From: Azolla caroliniana
Taxonomy: Eukaryota > Plantae > Polypodiophyta
Reading direction: 5' to 3'
Assembly: GCA_043228905.1 (NCBI GenBank)
Contig: JBHGNT010000007.1
Span: 10,416,001 to 10,480,000, forward strand
Length of the DNA stretch: 64,000 nt
The position numbers and the translations under genes are program-made. The notes under the pieces were generated by a model. It saw only the letters and a list, made by a program, of their open reading frames with translations, was not told the DNA's origin and did no database searches. How positions within the stretch are numbered: the first letter of the stretch is position 1; the number at the start of each line of letters is the position of its first letter. Below are positions 24,055 through 36,289 of this stretch, piece after piece.

Positions 24055-25913
24055 TTAAGTGGGACTGAAAGAAAGATGCTGATATTCTTTATCCAATTTT
24101 AGCATGCTGTCTAATTCCATTTGGGGTTCTAGCTTAAGCAAAATACATCAAATCTTAAAAAGTGACTTCATTTCTGGTTTTGAATGTCAACGGTGACTAC
24201 TATTTTCAAAATAGGAGGAGAATGAAAATACTACCTTTTCAGAAAACTCTGAGACGTACATTGCCATGTTAATCTCTGCTCTCATAAAAGGGGTGACAAA
24301 TGTAGTTAGTTATGCATTGATGTTTGAGATCAGGCCTTCATAGGATTTGGAGATTGAAACTAGGGCTATTCAATGTTTATGTTCTTGAACACCCAAGCTT
24401 GTGACATTCATGAACACTGTATGTGAGTATTATAACACTTAAGGAAAAGCTGTTCATTCTGATGTAGATTTGCTAAGAAGTAGCAGTAATTTATTATATG
24501 GTAATGGAAGAAAATGGGAAGTGATTATGTTAAGCATGCATGCAAAAGTTTGTATACAAATAGTGTTTGATCAAAGTATTTTATCATGATATATGATTCT
24601 TGTTTAGCTTCAACAGGATGCCAAATAGCTCAGGGTTTTGAATAGACTACCTCATCATTGTAGATGCCTTTTAATCTCCTTAATGATGTTCATCTTATAG
24701 CCTTCCCATGTTTGTTAATACAAAGAATCTACATATTGCCATCGTCCTTGGGTTTTGTGAGAGTGATGGTCTCTTCTATTTAAAGCATAATTGGTGCTGA
24801 TCCCCACTAGTCATTGTTTGATGGCTTTGTGACAAGGCATTTTGGTTAGTAATGACTCATTATGTATGCTATAATGATTAAAAAAGTTTTTATACTTTTT
24901 GTTATGAAATTGGTTCATGTTCGTACCAAGTCCTAGTTCTAAAGTATGTGTTTGACATGGTTGTGTAATAGATCCGACTTATTATAAAATAAAGGAGTGT
25001 ATGTGAGATGAAAATATTCCATTTACTATAGATGATTTCACCCTCATCTTGGGCACTGGTGGAAAAATGTGCAAACAGAATGTGCCTCAATATTGGAAAT
25101 TGCCTCATTTGTGTACTTAAAAGGGTATTCAAATAACAAAAGAACTCTACAAAAATGATGCTATGACTAGGGGAATAAGAAACTATTAGCACTAACATTA
25201 GCACCAAGCAGATAAATATTTAGCTCTTTTTTGTATCCATATTGTTATTTGGGGCCTTGCCCTCTCAAGTTAGATGTGTATGAATAGTACATCCTAGGGC
25301 CTCAAAGGTACTCATTCCAACTATGAAATTCCTCATGTTGACCTTTCTCAACATTCACTTGTTGAAAATCCCCAAGAAGTTGTTGATTCTCATGCTCCAA
25401 TGCAATAAACTTGGTGGTTAAGTGTTCAAGATCACCTAGAACACGTAGATATACTTGTTCAATGACTATGGCCATGGTTATGAGAAGATAGGATCAAAGG
25501 TTCTTCGAAAAAAAGAGGAGATAAAAGAGATAGCTATGAAGAAGGGTATGATTCTGGGTCAAACTTTCAAGACCATAGCCAAAGACAAGTTTTAAAGTGA
25601 AGAAGAGAATGAGAAGAATAAAATAAGAGAGAGCAATACGAGAAGAACAAGGGTTAAAAAAATATGTTGAAGACTAGTGTTGAACCCGAATGGTTCATCA
25701 ATACTTGGATACATGCTTATATAGCGTGGTTTTGGCAAATGCATTCGTGCCACCTCGTAGGCACACATGATCACCACTTGTCATTCTTGCAAGCATGCCA
25801 CTTGGCATCCATGTAGGCATGACACTTGGTGATCATGCGTTAGCCCTTACGAGTTGATAACATTTCAGTAGATATATCCTAATGATTAGAAAGTTCTAAA
25901 AAATAATATAATC

Positions 25914-25968
25914 TAACCTAGTAGTTGAGGTTATACATCTTTTTTGAAGAGGTCATGGGTTCAAATAT
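25914..25968 (+). other. Degenerate tRNA-like A/B-box module (probably decayed chromovirus LTR or SINE head)
   Basis: TAACCTAGTAG at 25914 and GGTTCAAAT at 25958, 44 nt apart, with GGTCATGGGTTC as in the chromovirus LTRs. Confidence 0.45.
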
Positions 25969-27127
25969 TTATTACGAGTTTGGATATTTGGTATATGTCC
26001 AGAATCCATAATGTGAAATGCACATAAAGATAATCAAAACCACCCTGCCTAGCTTCTTACTTCTTGCTCAATTTATAGTATAGATACAAAGGTACCCATC
26101 TTGGGTTGGCTTAACTACATGCATGCTAAAAGGGTGGCACAAAAGAACACATGTACACCAGAACATGAAGATATTATGCACTTTGCACCAAAGGGACACC
26201 ACATTCCCCCTTTGGGAGAAACAAGGAGGTTTATGCCATGGGGAAAGGACGTGTGCCAATGGATGGGCATGGGGTAGCATAGGGCTTGATCTGGGCAACA
26301 TGAGTGGAGGTGACTCGGCCGTTGGAATCACGTTGGAGCAAGTAAGTAGTGGATTTGATGACGCGAACTATGGTGAACGGGCTGATCCATCGGTGCATGA
26401 GAGATTTATTGAGGCCACGCCGCCGGATCGAGAAGTAAACAAGGACTTTGTTGTGAAATAGGGGCTTCTAATGGACGTATTCACATTGTTCTATTTGGAC
26501 ATACTAGGTTTTAGGCTATATTATGTCCATAGTGGAAAGTGCAGTTGCCTAAGTCAGTTGGTATTTAAATTTGACTCTTGTAACCTAGTTGCTGGTGGTT
26601 TATCTTGTATATTGTGCTGTTGTAACTTTGAGAATAATATAGTTACAGTGCCTTGTGCCTATTTTGGTGTTTCACTTCTCCTTATCTTCAGATATTTGAT
26701 CTTGTCTCTGATTAAGTTGATTTTACAACCTAAATATGCTATTGTTTGCTATCTACTTAAGGCCTTCATAAGAAGAGTGATGATTCTTATTCTGCACCTG
26801 ACGGTCGTTCCCAACATCTGGTATCAGAACTTGGTATTCTTGTACTTTGTTGACGACCGTCTTCGTGTCTTCATCAACATCTCATCTTTTAACAACCCTT
26901 GAAGATCTTCCTATCAACCTCACCTTGATATAACAGATTCTGAGATTTCAACCCAAATGAAATCTTCCGTCCAACAACTCTCACAATATTATATTCTTGT
27001 GAGAAGAAACAATCACAAGTCTGCACTTCATTGTGTTAAATTGCCTCTAGACTAGGCTAACCGGCCGCTCATTGCCTCTGTGATTGTAACCACTCGAAGT
27101 GAGATTCCAAATGGGACGGCTACATTC

Positions 27128-27130
27128 TGT

Positions 27131-27165
<35 letters not shown>

Positions 27166-27590
27166 TTTGAAAGAGAATTATTATATTGAAGAGTAAAATG
27201 GATTACAAAGAGTAGGCCAAAATGGCGTTGAACCAATTTAGGTTTGGGATGAGTGGTAGATCCCTATTTATAAGTAATAGAGAACACTCTAGAATATTCT
27301 AGGTTATTTATCCTAGAATGGAGAGTAATCTAGAAGATCTCTAGAGTATTCTAGAAGGTTCTAGTGATATAGAGCACTCTAGAATATTCTAGGTCATTCT
27401 AGAATGTAGAGTAATATAGAATATTCCTATAATATTAGATTTCATATTCTAAAAATTATATATATAAGAATATTAATACAATGGTTAAGGATTTGACATG
27501 TGTGCAACAAGGTCGTGGGTTCAAATCCTTTAGAGTCATAATGTGAGTGTCATGATCCTTTCGATGCATGATGTGAGTGTTATCATGACA
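27128..27590 (-). repeat. 3' LTR of Chromo-1
   Basis: Repeat of 32426-32876; TGTCA...TGACA termini. Confidence 0.95.
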
Positions 27591-30500
27591 CTATCCCCCT
27601 TCTTCGACGACACGTCTCACGGGTCGTAGGGTTTGTATTAGGACCTGGTTTACGAGGATATTGGCAATGAAATGCAGTGACGAGTTCCGCAACATTGGGA
27701 AGATTTGTAGCAGGTTCCCAAGTTCGATCATTGGGGGTATAGCCTAGCCAATCAACTAAGTAATACAGCTTGTTGCACACGATTTTAGAATCGAGAACGG
27801 CAACAACTTCAAATTCGGGTCCGTCCAAGAACTCGACAGGTGGTGGGGGTGTCGTAAGACGGCCCGAAATTGAACTTATATTATAAGGTTCCAAAAGGGA
27901 TACATGAAACACCGGATGAAGATGCATGTGCGGAGGGAGGTCAAGACGAAATGCAACATCACTTATCTTACCAGTGATCATGTAAGGGCCAAAACATTGG
28001 TAATCCAATTTACTGCAAGGTCGAGTGGTCTTGATGTTGGGTTGGAGAAGCCATACATGATCCCCAACGCGGAACTTTTTTGAGGAGTCTAGACGATGAC
28101 GATCGGCAAGCCTCTTGTGTGTAACTTGAGCATCGTGCAAATTGTGGAGAATGGTAGCGTGAATTTCTTGGAGGCGAGGCGACTAAGACGATCCTCCGCA
28201 ACAGGGTTGGTAGGAACATCTGGATGCACATTCATCGTCCACCAAGGATGACAACCCATATTTGCGAAAAATGGGGAATATCCTGTAGATGAATGGTCTG
28301 AGTTGTTGTAAGCAAATTCCGCCAAGTGCAAAAAATCAACCCAATCATTTTGTTGATAGTTGATAAAACAACGAGGATATTGCTCCAATGTCTGGTTGGT
28401 ACGCTCAGTTTGGCCATTTGTTTCGGGATGATAGCCCGAAGAAAGCTTAACCGAAATGTGGAGAAGTTTGAACATGTGCTTCCAAAACTTTGAGATGAAT
28501 TGTGGACCACGATCATTGATAATATCATCCCGCAGACCATGATGCTTAAATACCTCCCGCATAACGAGATCAACGGTTACCACCTCTTGATTAGTAATCG
28601 ACTTTGTACAGGGCAAGAAATGTGCAATTTTGGTAAATCAATCAAGCACTGTGAGAATTGCATCAAAACCTTTTGAAACTGGAAGATCAGTAATGAAGTC
28701 CAAGGATATAGACTTCCAAGGAGTTTCCGTAATAGGAAGTGGTTGTAGTAAGCCATAGGATCGGTGACGAGGACTCTTTGATCGACAACATATATCACAG
28801 CTCCGAACATATTCCTCAACAAAATGACGAAGGCGAGGCCACTGATAGCGTCGAGAAATTAATTCTAGAGTCTTGCAAACTCCAAAATGACCAGCCATTG
28901 GTGAGTCATGGAAATGTTGTAAAATTTGTAGTCGTGGGGGACCATCAGGAACATACAATAGATTTTGTCGAAACAGAAAACCACCATGCCAATAGAACTG
29001 ACGATAGTCATTATGAGGATTTTTCGACCGTGAGCAAGAAGCACGATCTGGGAGGATATGATCCAAAACATCCTTCGCGAAATCATTAGTGGCCATATGA
29101 TCTCGAATGGAATCAAGAAGAGCGGAATTTTCAAGAGTTGTTATGGCGTTAACTACTATTAATCGTAAGCGATTGGGACCCAAAAGGATTTGTTTTTGAT
29201 GCTCAAATGCAAGTTCCCTTGGACGAAGTTCCATATAAGAGCGCCGAGAAAGAACATATGCTTTGCCTTGCTGCATCCTAGGGCGATATATGATGATAAA
29301 GTCAAAGTGAGTCAAAAATTACGCCCACCGGGCTTGTCGTCGACTCAAGACTCGGGCATTTTGGAAATAAGTCAGGTTCTTATGATCATTGTAGACAATG
29401 ATCTGCTGAGAAGAACCTTCTAGAAAATGTTGCCATTGTTGAAACGAATCCACAATTGCAAGAAGCTCTTTGTCATGGATCTCGTAGTTGATCTTTGTAG
29501 TTTCAAACTTTCGTGAATGAAAGGCGACATGATGTAGCTGTCCATCATCTCCAGTCTGTGAAAGGACACTCCCTAAGGCAAAATTGGATGCATCGGCTTC
29601 GAGGATGAAGCGTTTTGTTGGGTCGACATGTGCTAAGATAGGTGTTGTTGTAAATGCTCGTTTTAAGCTTTTGAATGCCTCGGCTCTATCTGGACTCCAT
29701 ATAAATGGCTAATCTTTATGTGTGAGTTGAGTAAGCAGCACAACCTTGGAATAATCTTAAATAAATTTTCGATAAAAATTTGCAAACCCGAGAAAACATT
29801 GCACATCACACACTAAAAGGGGCGTTTGCCACTCTAAAATTGCTTGTACCTTCATGGGGTCCATAGCAATACCATCTGATGATACAACATACCCCAAATA
29901 TTCCACTTGATTCTGGCCGAAACTACACTTTTCTAATTTTGCGTAGAGACCATATTCTCGGAGTCAACATAGTACCTGACGAACATGTTCGTCATGGTCC
30001 TCTTGGGTCTTCGAGTAGATTAATATCATCTAGGTAAACTATAGTGAAGATATCAAGAAAATCTCGAAAAATATCGTTCGCCATATGTTGGAAAATAGCA
30101 GCTGCATTTGTGAGACCAAATGGCATCACAATATACTCAAAATGTCCATAGCGAGTGCGAAAAGTTGTCTTCCATTCATCCCCCGAGCGAATTCGAACTA
30201 GATTATATGCTCCTTCGTGAAATATTTTGCACCACTGAGACGTTCCAAAAGATTCGGGATTAATGGTAGAGCATATCTATTCCGGATAGTCACTTTGTTT
30301 ATCCCTTGATAATCCACGACCAACCGAAGAGTCCCATTCTTCTTCTTAACGAAGAAGATAGGTGAACCAACAGGGGATCTAAAATGCCGAATGAATCCGT
30401 TCGCTAGATTCTCATCAATATATTCCCGCAAAGTCTCTAGCTCTACAAGGGAGAGATTATAAATTGGGCCCCATGGAGGTTCTTTCCCTGGTTGTAAGTC

Positions 30501-32425
30501 AATAGGGCAGTCGTATGGCCGATGCTCCGGCAATGTATTGGCCTTCACCTTATCAAAGACATCTGAAAACTCCTTGTATTTCTTTGGTAGTTTAATGTCC
30601 ACTTCACATGAAGTGGATGATGGAGTTGCTACTATTGCGAAGACGAACATGGCCTTGTTCCCCCCTTTCTCCCGCAACTGTCGTAAAGAGATGGTCAATA
30701 ACTCTGGGGATCTATTATCACATGTAGGAGAGAGGGATGCGGGGTTTGTGCTTTTTTCCCGGGTTTCCTCAATTGTTCTTTTCATCCAATCAATATTCGG
30801 GTTATGGAGTTCAAACCAAGGGAGACCTAGAACTATTGGGTGTTCCGCACTACGAATAATGTTGAAAGAGATTATGCTTGCCAAATCGCCAAGAACTATC
30901 CTAATTGGCTCGGACTCCTCGACTATATCTCCTGATGCTATGGGACGTCCATCAATGACTCCTACGACTACTGGGCTGGGAAGCTTATTCAAGAGGATGT
31001 TTTGTGACAAGGCAAATTCACGATCCATGAAACAAGAGTTGGCTCTAGAATCTAGGAGGGCAGAGGCTAGGACTCGATGACATGTAGACGTGGTAAGCTC
31101 GACTTGTGTTGAAAAAACTCTACTCAATTGATTTGATGAAATGGAACCATGACTAGGAACTAACTCTACATAGCTAGGATGGTCCAGCGAAATGGCTCCT
31201 ATTTTGGCCGGACTTACTCGTTTAACACATCCTCTAATTGGCTCAAGACATCGAATCTATTCTCATGGCATGGACTATGAGGCTTACTTATGTTATTAGA
31301 AGTAACAATAGAACTCGATGTAGGGTTTTCATGGGCACTTACTTGGTATACTTGATGCCTAGGTTTATGCGGACAATTTATAGCTATATGTCCTGGACTG
31401 CCACAATATAGGCAGAGGCGATGTGCTCGACATCGTTGCTTCTCAGCATCTGATAATGGCCCACGACGTTGAGTGGACTCTATTTCCATCGGAGTTGGGC
31501 CATCCCTTGTAATGGGTCTAGAAACTTGTGGAGGCGTTGCGACTATGGAAGCGTAAGTTTGCTCAGGTTGGCGGCGTAACATTTGTTGGCGCTCAGAACG
31601 TCGCTCAAATAGGCGATTATCACATCGCACGGCTCGACTAATGGCTTCTGTAAGCAACTTCGGATCTTCAGGGAAAGTAAGAAGAAGATCTTTGACATCA
31701 TTTCACAAACCTTGACGGAATTGATCCATTAAGGCCGCCTCATCCCAAGGGATATCGCATGCCAAGAGACGGAAATCGGCTGCGTAAGTTGACGTAGGAC
31801 AATCTCCTTGTCGGAGCCTTCGAATCTTGTTTATCGTTGTCCTAGTGTTGTCGGTGTCTCTGAAACTAGCTTGAAACTCTTTCACAAATTCCTCGAAATC
31901 CTCCAGCAATGGTGATTTCTTCTTGAGAAGTGGTGCGAACCATGCTAATGCCGTACCGCATAGCAAAGTTGCCACTAATCCCACACGAGCAACACCAGTT
32001 GGATACCGATTGAGATGTAGCTGAATAAACAGACGAACCTGATTCAAAAAGCCTCGAAATAAAGACCTCGTACCATCAAACTTGGTGGGGAGCCTAATCT
32101 TTGGCTCTCTAGAGGAGTTTTGAACCCTCGACGCTTGCTCTTGTAATGATAATATAGTCACCTCGAGTTGATGAACCCATTGTGATAACTCTTCATATTG
32201 TTGAGCTTTTTCGGCGCTCCCTTGTTGTAGGTCTCCAAGTAGCCTTTGATTCTCATGCTCTAATGGCACAAATTTATTTGTGAGCATGTCAAGCTCAGAA
32301 AGAACACACATGTATTCTTGTTTGCTCACGGACTCCATAGCTTACGAGGGGAGAGGAGAAGGAAGAAGAGAACTTGTTAGGGTTTGTGGAAGACGAAGAA
32401 ATGAAAGGAAAAAAATGGTTCAAAC

Positions 32426-32876
32426 TGTCGAGAGATCGAGAGAGAGAGAGATATTTGAAAGAGAATTATTATATTGAAGAGTAAAATGGATTACAAAGAG
32501 CAGGCTACAAAATGGCGTTGAACCAATTTAGGTTTGGGATGAGTCGTAGATCCTGATTTATAAGTAATAGAGAACACTCTAGAATATTCTAGGTTATCCT
32601 AGAATGTAGAGTAATCTAGAAGATCTCTAGCGTATTCTAGAAGGTTCTAGTGATATAGAACACTCTAGAATATTCTAGGTCATTCTAGAATGTAGAGTAA
32701 TATAGAATATTCCTATAATATTAGATTTCATATTCTAAAAATTATATATATAAGAATATAAATACAATGGTTAAGGATTTGACATGTGTACAACAAGATC
32801 GTGGGTTCAAATCCTTTAGAGTCATAATGTGAGTGTCATGATCCTTTCGATGCATGATGTGAGTGTTATCATGACA
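32426..32876 (-). repeat. 5' LTR of Chromo-1
   Basis: Repeat of 27128-27590. Confidence 0.95.
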
Positions 32877-34404
32877 CATTCATGCTCTATTCGGTTAGGC
32901 AACAATCGATCAGGTCATTCGGCGTTGCTCATCTGCTTGTCATAACCATCTGAAGCAGATTCAACCCTAGGAACAACCCCCTTCTATGCTTCATTTGGGA
33001 AGACCATTCTGCTCTGTCCCTCTCAACGTTGTAGCCACCTGAAACAGGATCAGCCCGAATAACCGGCACAAACGGCACATAATCTGTGATCGGCTTGTGA
33101 AATTGACAATCAAAATCAAATCGATAGTTAATTGTGCTCAATTCGACTAGGTGATACTCAGGAAAACCAATCGGTTCCGTCCCTCCACCCACTATAGTCA
33201 CTCTGAGCAAGTTTAGTACCTCATTGTTATCCGAAATCCAATTGGCTAACCAATCAACGACTGTAGCGATTGACTGTAGCCACTTCGGATGGAACCGCCA
33301 ATAGTCGAAGTTGATTTGACTCGTGTCCAAATCTGACTAGAACGATATCGGGTGAATAGGTCACTTGCATCCCACCACTGTTCATAGGAATAGAGCCTAG
33401 TCAACCGACACAAAATGGCATCAACATTTCGCTCATCAGAGATGAGTTTAAGGAAGATCAATGGATCGAATTTCAACTTCTGGAAGGAGCAGATGCAAGA
33501 CTATTTGATAGTCAATGGTTAGATTGACTTACAATGTTGCTCATGAGTAGTCTCCCCCCTTCTTGGGAAACTTTCGTCACAACTATGTGCAATGCTTTGA
33601 CTGCTGTAGTAAAGTACTTCGAAGTCACAAGCTCAATCTTCACTGAAGCAGCTCGGAGGAAGTCCTTTGCAAGCGATTTGACCAACAACACTTATGTAGT
33701 ACAAGGTTCGGTGGACCCACCGAACAATCGAGGAAGAAAATCTTCCCGACCACTGACAAATTAGTGAAGCTAGAGCAAGTCCAAGGATAATTGAACATGC
33801 AACTACTACAATAAACCCGGACATATCAAGGCCAATTGTCGCGCACTCAAAGTCAAGAATGATAAACCTCATCGAGCTGATCAAAACAGTGGCTGACATG
33901 AAGAGGTCAACTACATCGGCTCTTTAGTCGAAGTATTAACAGACGGCCTTATACTTTGCCAGCTGGATCGGCAATTTGACTAGCAAGGTGTGGGTATACC
34001 CAACTAGAACCAAAGATCGGGTTTTTTCGATCTTCAAGGAATGGGTCGCCTTGGTAGAGAACCAATACAGTCGAAAGCTAAAATGCCTTCGAACCGACAA
34101 CGGGGGAGAGTTTAAGTCTGAAGAATTCGTCAAATTTTGTCGACAACGCGACATTCAACGTGAATACACGACACCACATAGTCCGGAGTAGAATTTAGGA
34201 ACAAATACTGTCTATGCTCCAACACTACGGACTGTCAGATGGCTTCTAAGCAGAGGCCCTACTTACGACAATACACATAATCAATATGTCGCTGAGTAGG
34301 CCTCTAAGATTTCGAATACCTCAAGAATTATGGACTGAGAGTAAGCGAAATTACAAGTTGAGGAACTTTGGATGCAAAGCATACACTATCATTCCGGAAG
34401 AAGA

Positions 34405-34855
34405 CCGTCGAAACATCGAACCGAGGTTCAGGAAATGCATTTTCCTTGGCTATGGACCAATCAACGAGAAAAAATATCAACTATGGAACCCCGAGCATAG
34501 ATAAATCATTCGAAGTTCGGACGTAGCGTTCTTCAACCAATCGTCTATGCATAAGACGGCCGAAAGGCCTATTGAAGTCCGAAGGGTAATGTTTTTGAAG
34601 TGCGGACCCTTCATGATGGGCCAACTCATAAGTCGAAACATCGAACCGAGGTTTAGGAAATGCATTTTCCTTGGCTATGGACCAATCAACAAGAAAAAAT
34701 ATCGACTATGGAACCCCGAGCACAAACAAATTAATTGAAGTTCGGACGTAGCGTCCAACCAGTCGTCTATGCATAAGATGACCGAAAGGCCTATTGAAGT
34801 CCGAAGGGTAACGTTTTCTGAAGTGCGGACCCTTCATGACGGTCCAACTCATAAC
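34405..34855 (+). repeat. ~225-bp tandem duplication inside Copia-A integrase
   Basis: GTCGAAACATCGAACCGAGGTT...GGACCCTTCATGA..G.CCAACTCATAA occurs twice in tandem. Confidence 0.88.
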
Positions 34856-36197
34856 ACGAGGTCGGCTTCACCGGTAGCCGAACACTCCAACACCGATTCA
34901 ATTTCGACCGATTCGGCACAACCGAATGCTTCGGCTCTGAACCATCCGACCCAAACACCCGATCAGGCTAGCCCAATCATACGAAGGAGATATGGAAGAC
35001 TGTAACAACCTCTAGAGAGGTATTCTCTGGGAATCTTCTATACGGATGCCGGAGTATCGGCGTCATATGAAGAAGCATCGGCCGACATCAGTTGATTCAG
35101 CCACATGGAAATGAACTCCATTCAACATAACAAAACTTGGGACCTGGTCGAATTACCGAAGAATCGATGAGCTCTTCTGTGCAAGTGGGCCTATAGACTA
35201 AAAGAGATGTTTGATTCGGCCACCCCAAAATTCAAGGTCAGATTGGCACCAAATGTGTTTCAACAAGAATATGGCGTTGACTTTGACGAAATCTTTTCAC
35301 CAGTGGTGAAAATGACAACCCTTTGCTTTATGCTCGGCGTCGTGGCAGTCGAGGATTTGGAGCTGATTCAACAAGATGTTAAAACGAGTTTCCTCCATGG
35401 TGACCTACACGAGGAAATTTATATGGAGCAGCCAAAACGCTTTGTGGTATCCAACCAAAAACATCTAGTCTCTCGACTCAGGAAGAGTCTATACAGCCTG
35501 AAATAGGCACCTAGATAGTGGTACAAGAAGTTTGACGACTTCATCCAATCAGTCGGTTTCTCAAAGAGGTATGAGGACCACTGTCTCTTCACCAAAACAA
35601 CTCGAAATGCGTCACCCATCTTCCTCATCATCTATGTGGACGACATGCTACTCTCTAAACGACATGCCGAAGAGCTTGCCGAACTTATTCAACAACTGCG
35701 GTTGAAGTTTTCAATGAAGGACTTCGATCTAGCAAGACACATTTTAGGGATGAAGATAAGGTAGATTCGGAATTGACAACAACTTTTTCTATCTCAAGCC
35801 GACTATATTGGACATGTCTTAGATCGCTTCAACATGCAATTCGCAAAATCTGTATTGACCCCGTTCCTTATTAACCTTCGGTTGTCTCAGTGAGACTGCG
35901 TGAGATCCGGTCTGAAGGGGGAAGATATGAAGTAGGTACTATATGCACTGATAGTAGGCTACTTAATGTACGCGATGGTCGCGACACGGTCTAACATTGC
36001 TGATGGTGTGGGAGTCATCAGCAAATTCATGCATAATCCCGATCGATCACATTGGAATGCAGTTAAGCATGCGTTCAGATATCTAGTGGGCACAAAAGAC
36101 TATGGCATCCTATTTGGCCCGAATGATACGTCAGATGTAGTTGCCTACACTAACTCAAAATTTTCCAGTTGTGCAAACAGTCGAAAGACAACAACTG

Positions 36198-36238
36198 TGT
36201 GAACGTAAGTGTTTGCGGAAGCGTAAAACAGAGAACAA

Positions 36239-36289
<51 letters not shown>

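Larger units (their letters stand above)
27128..32876 (-). mobile_element. Full-length Tcn1-like chromovirus (Chromo-1), degenerate ORFs, TSD CATTC
   Basis: LTRs 27128-27590 and 32426-32876; CATTC at 27123-27127 and 32877-32881; gag 32338-31214 (CLYCGSPGHIAINC), [18 protein letters not shown], chromodomain FEVVAVLDSK...YYLVDWLGY...TWEP; PPT 27591-27600; no tRNA PBS. Confidence 0.95.

Noticed and set aside
24500-26450. Additional gene or element between HOP2 and Copia-A
   Set aside because: Only short ORFs without recognisable motifs; probably decayed repeats that cannot be classified by eye.
27474-27540. Functional tRNA gene
   Set aside because: A/B boxes are present but no convincing acceptor or anticodon stems by eye, and it lies inside an LTR.
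32929-33476. Minus-strand ORFs (133 and 76 aa) as a captured gene
   Set aside because: Antisense to the Copia-A leader and gag start; no motif or splice support.
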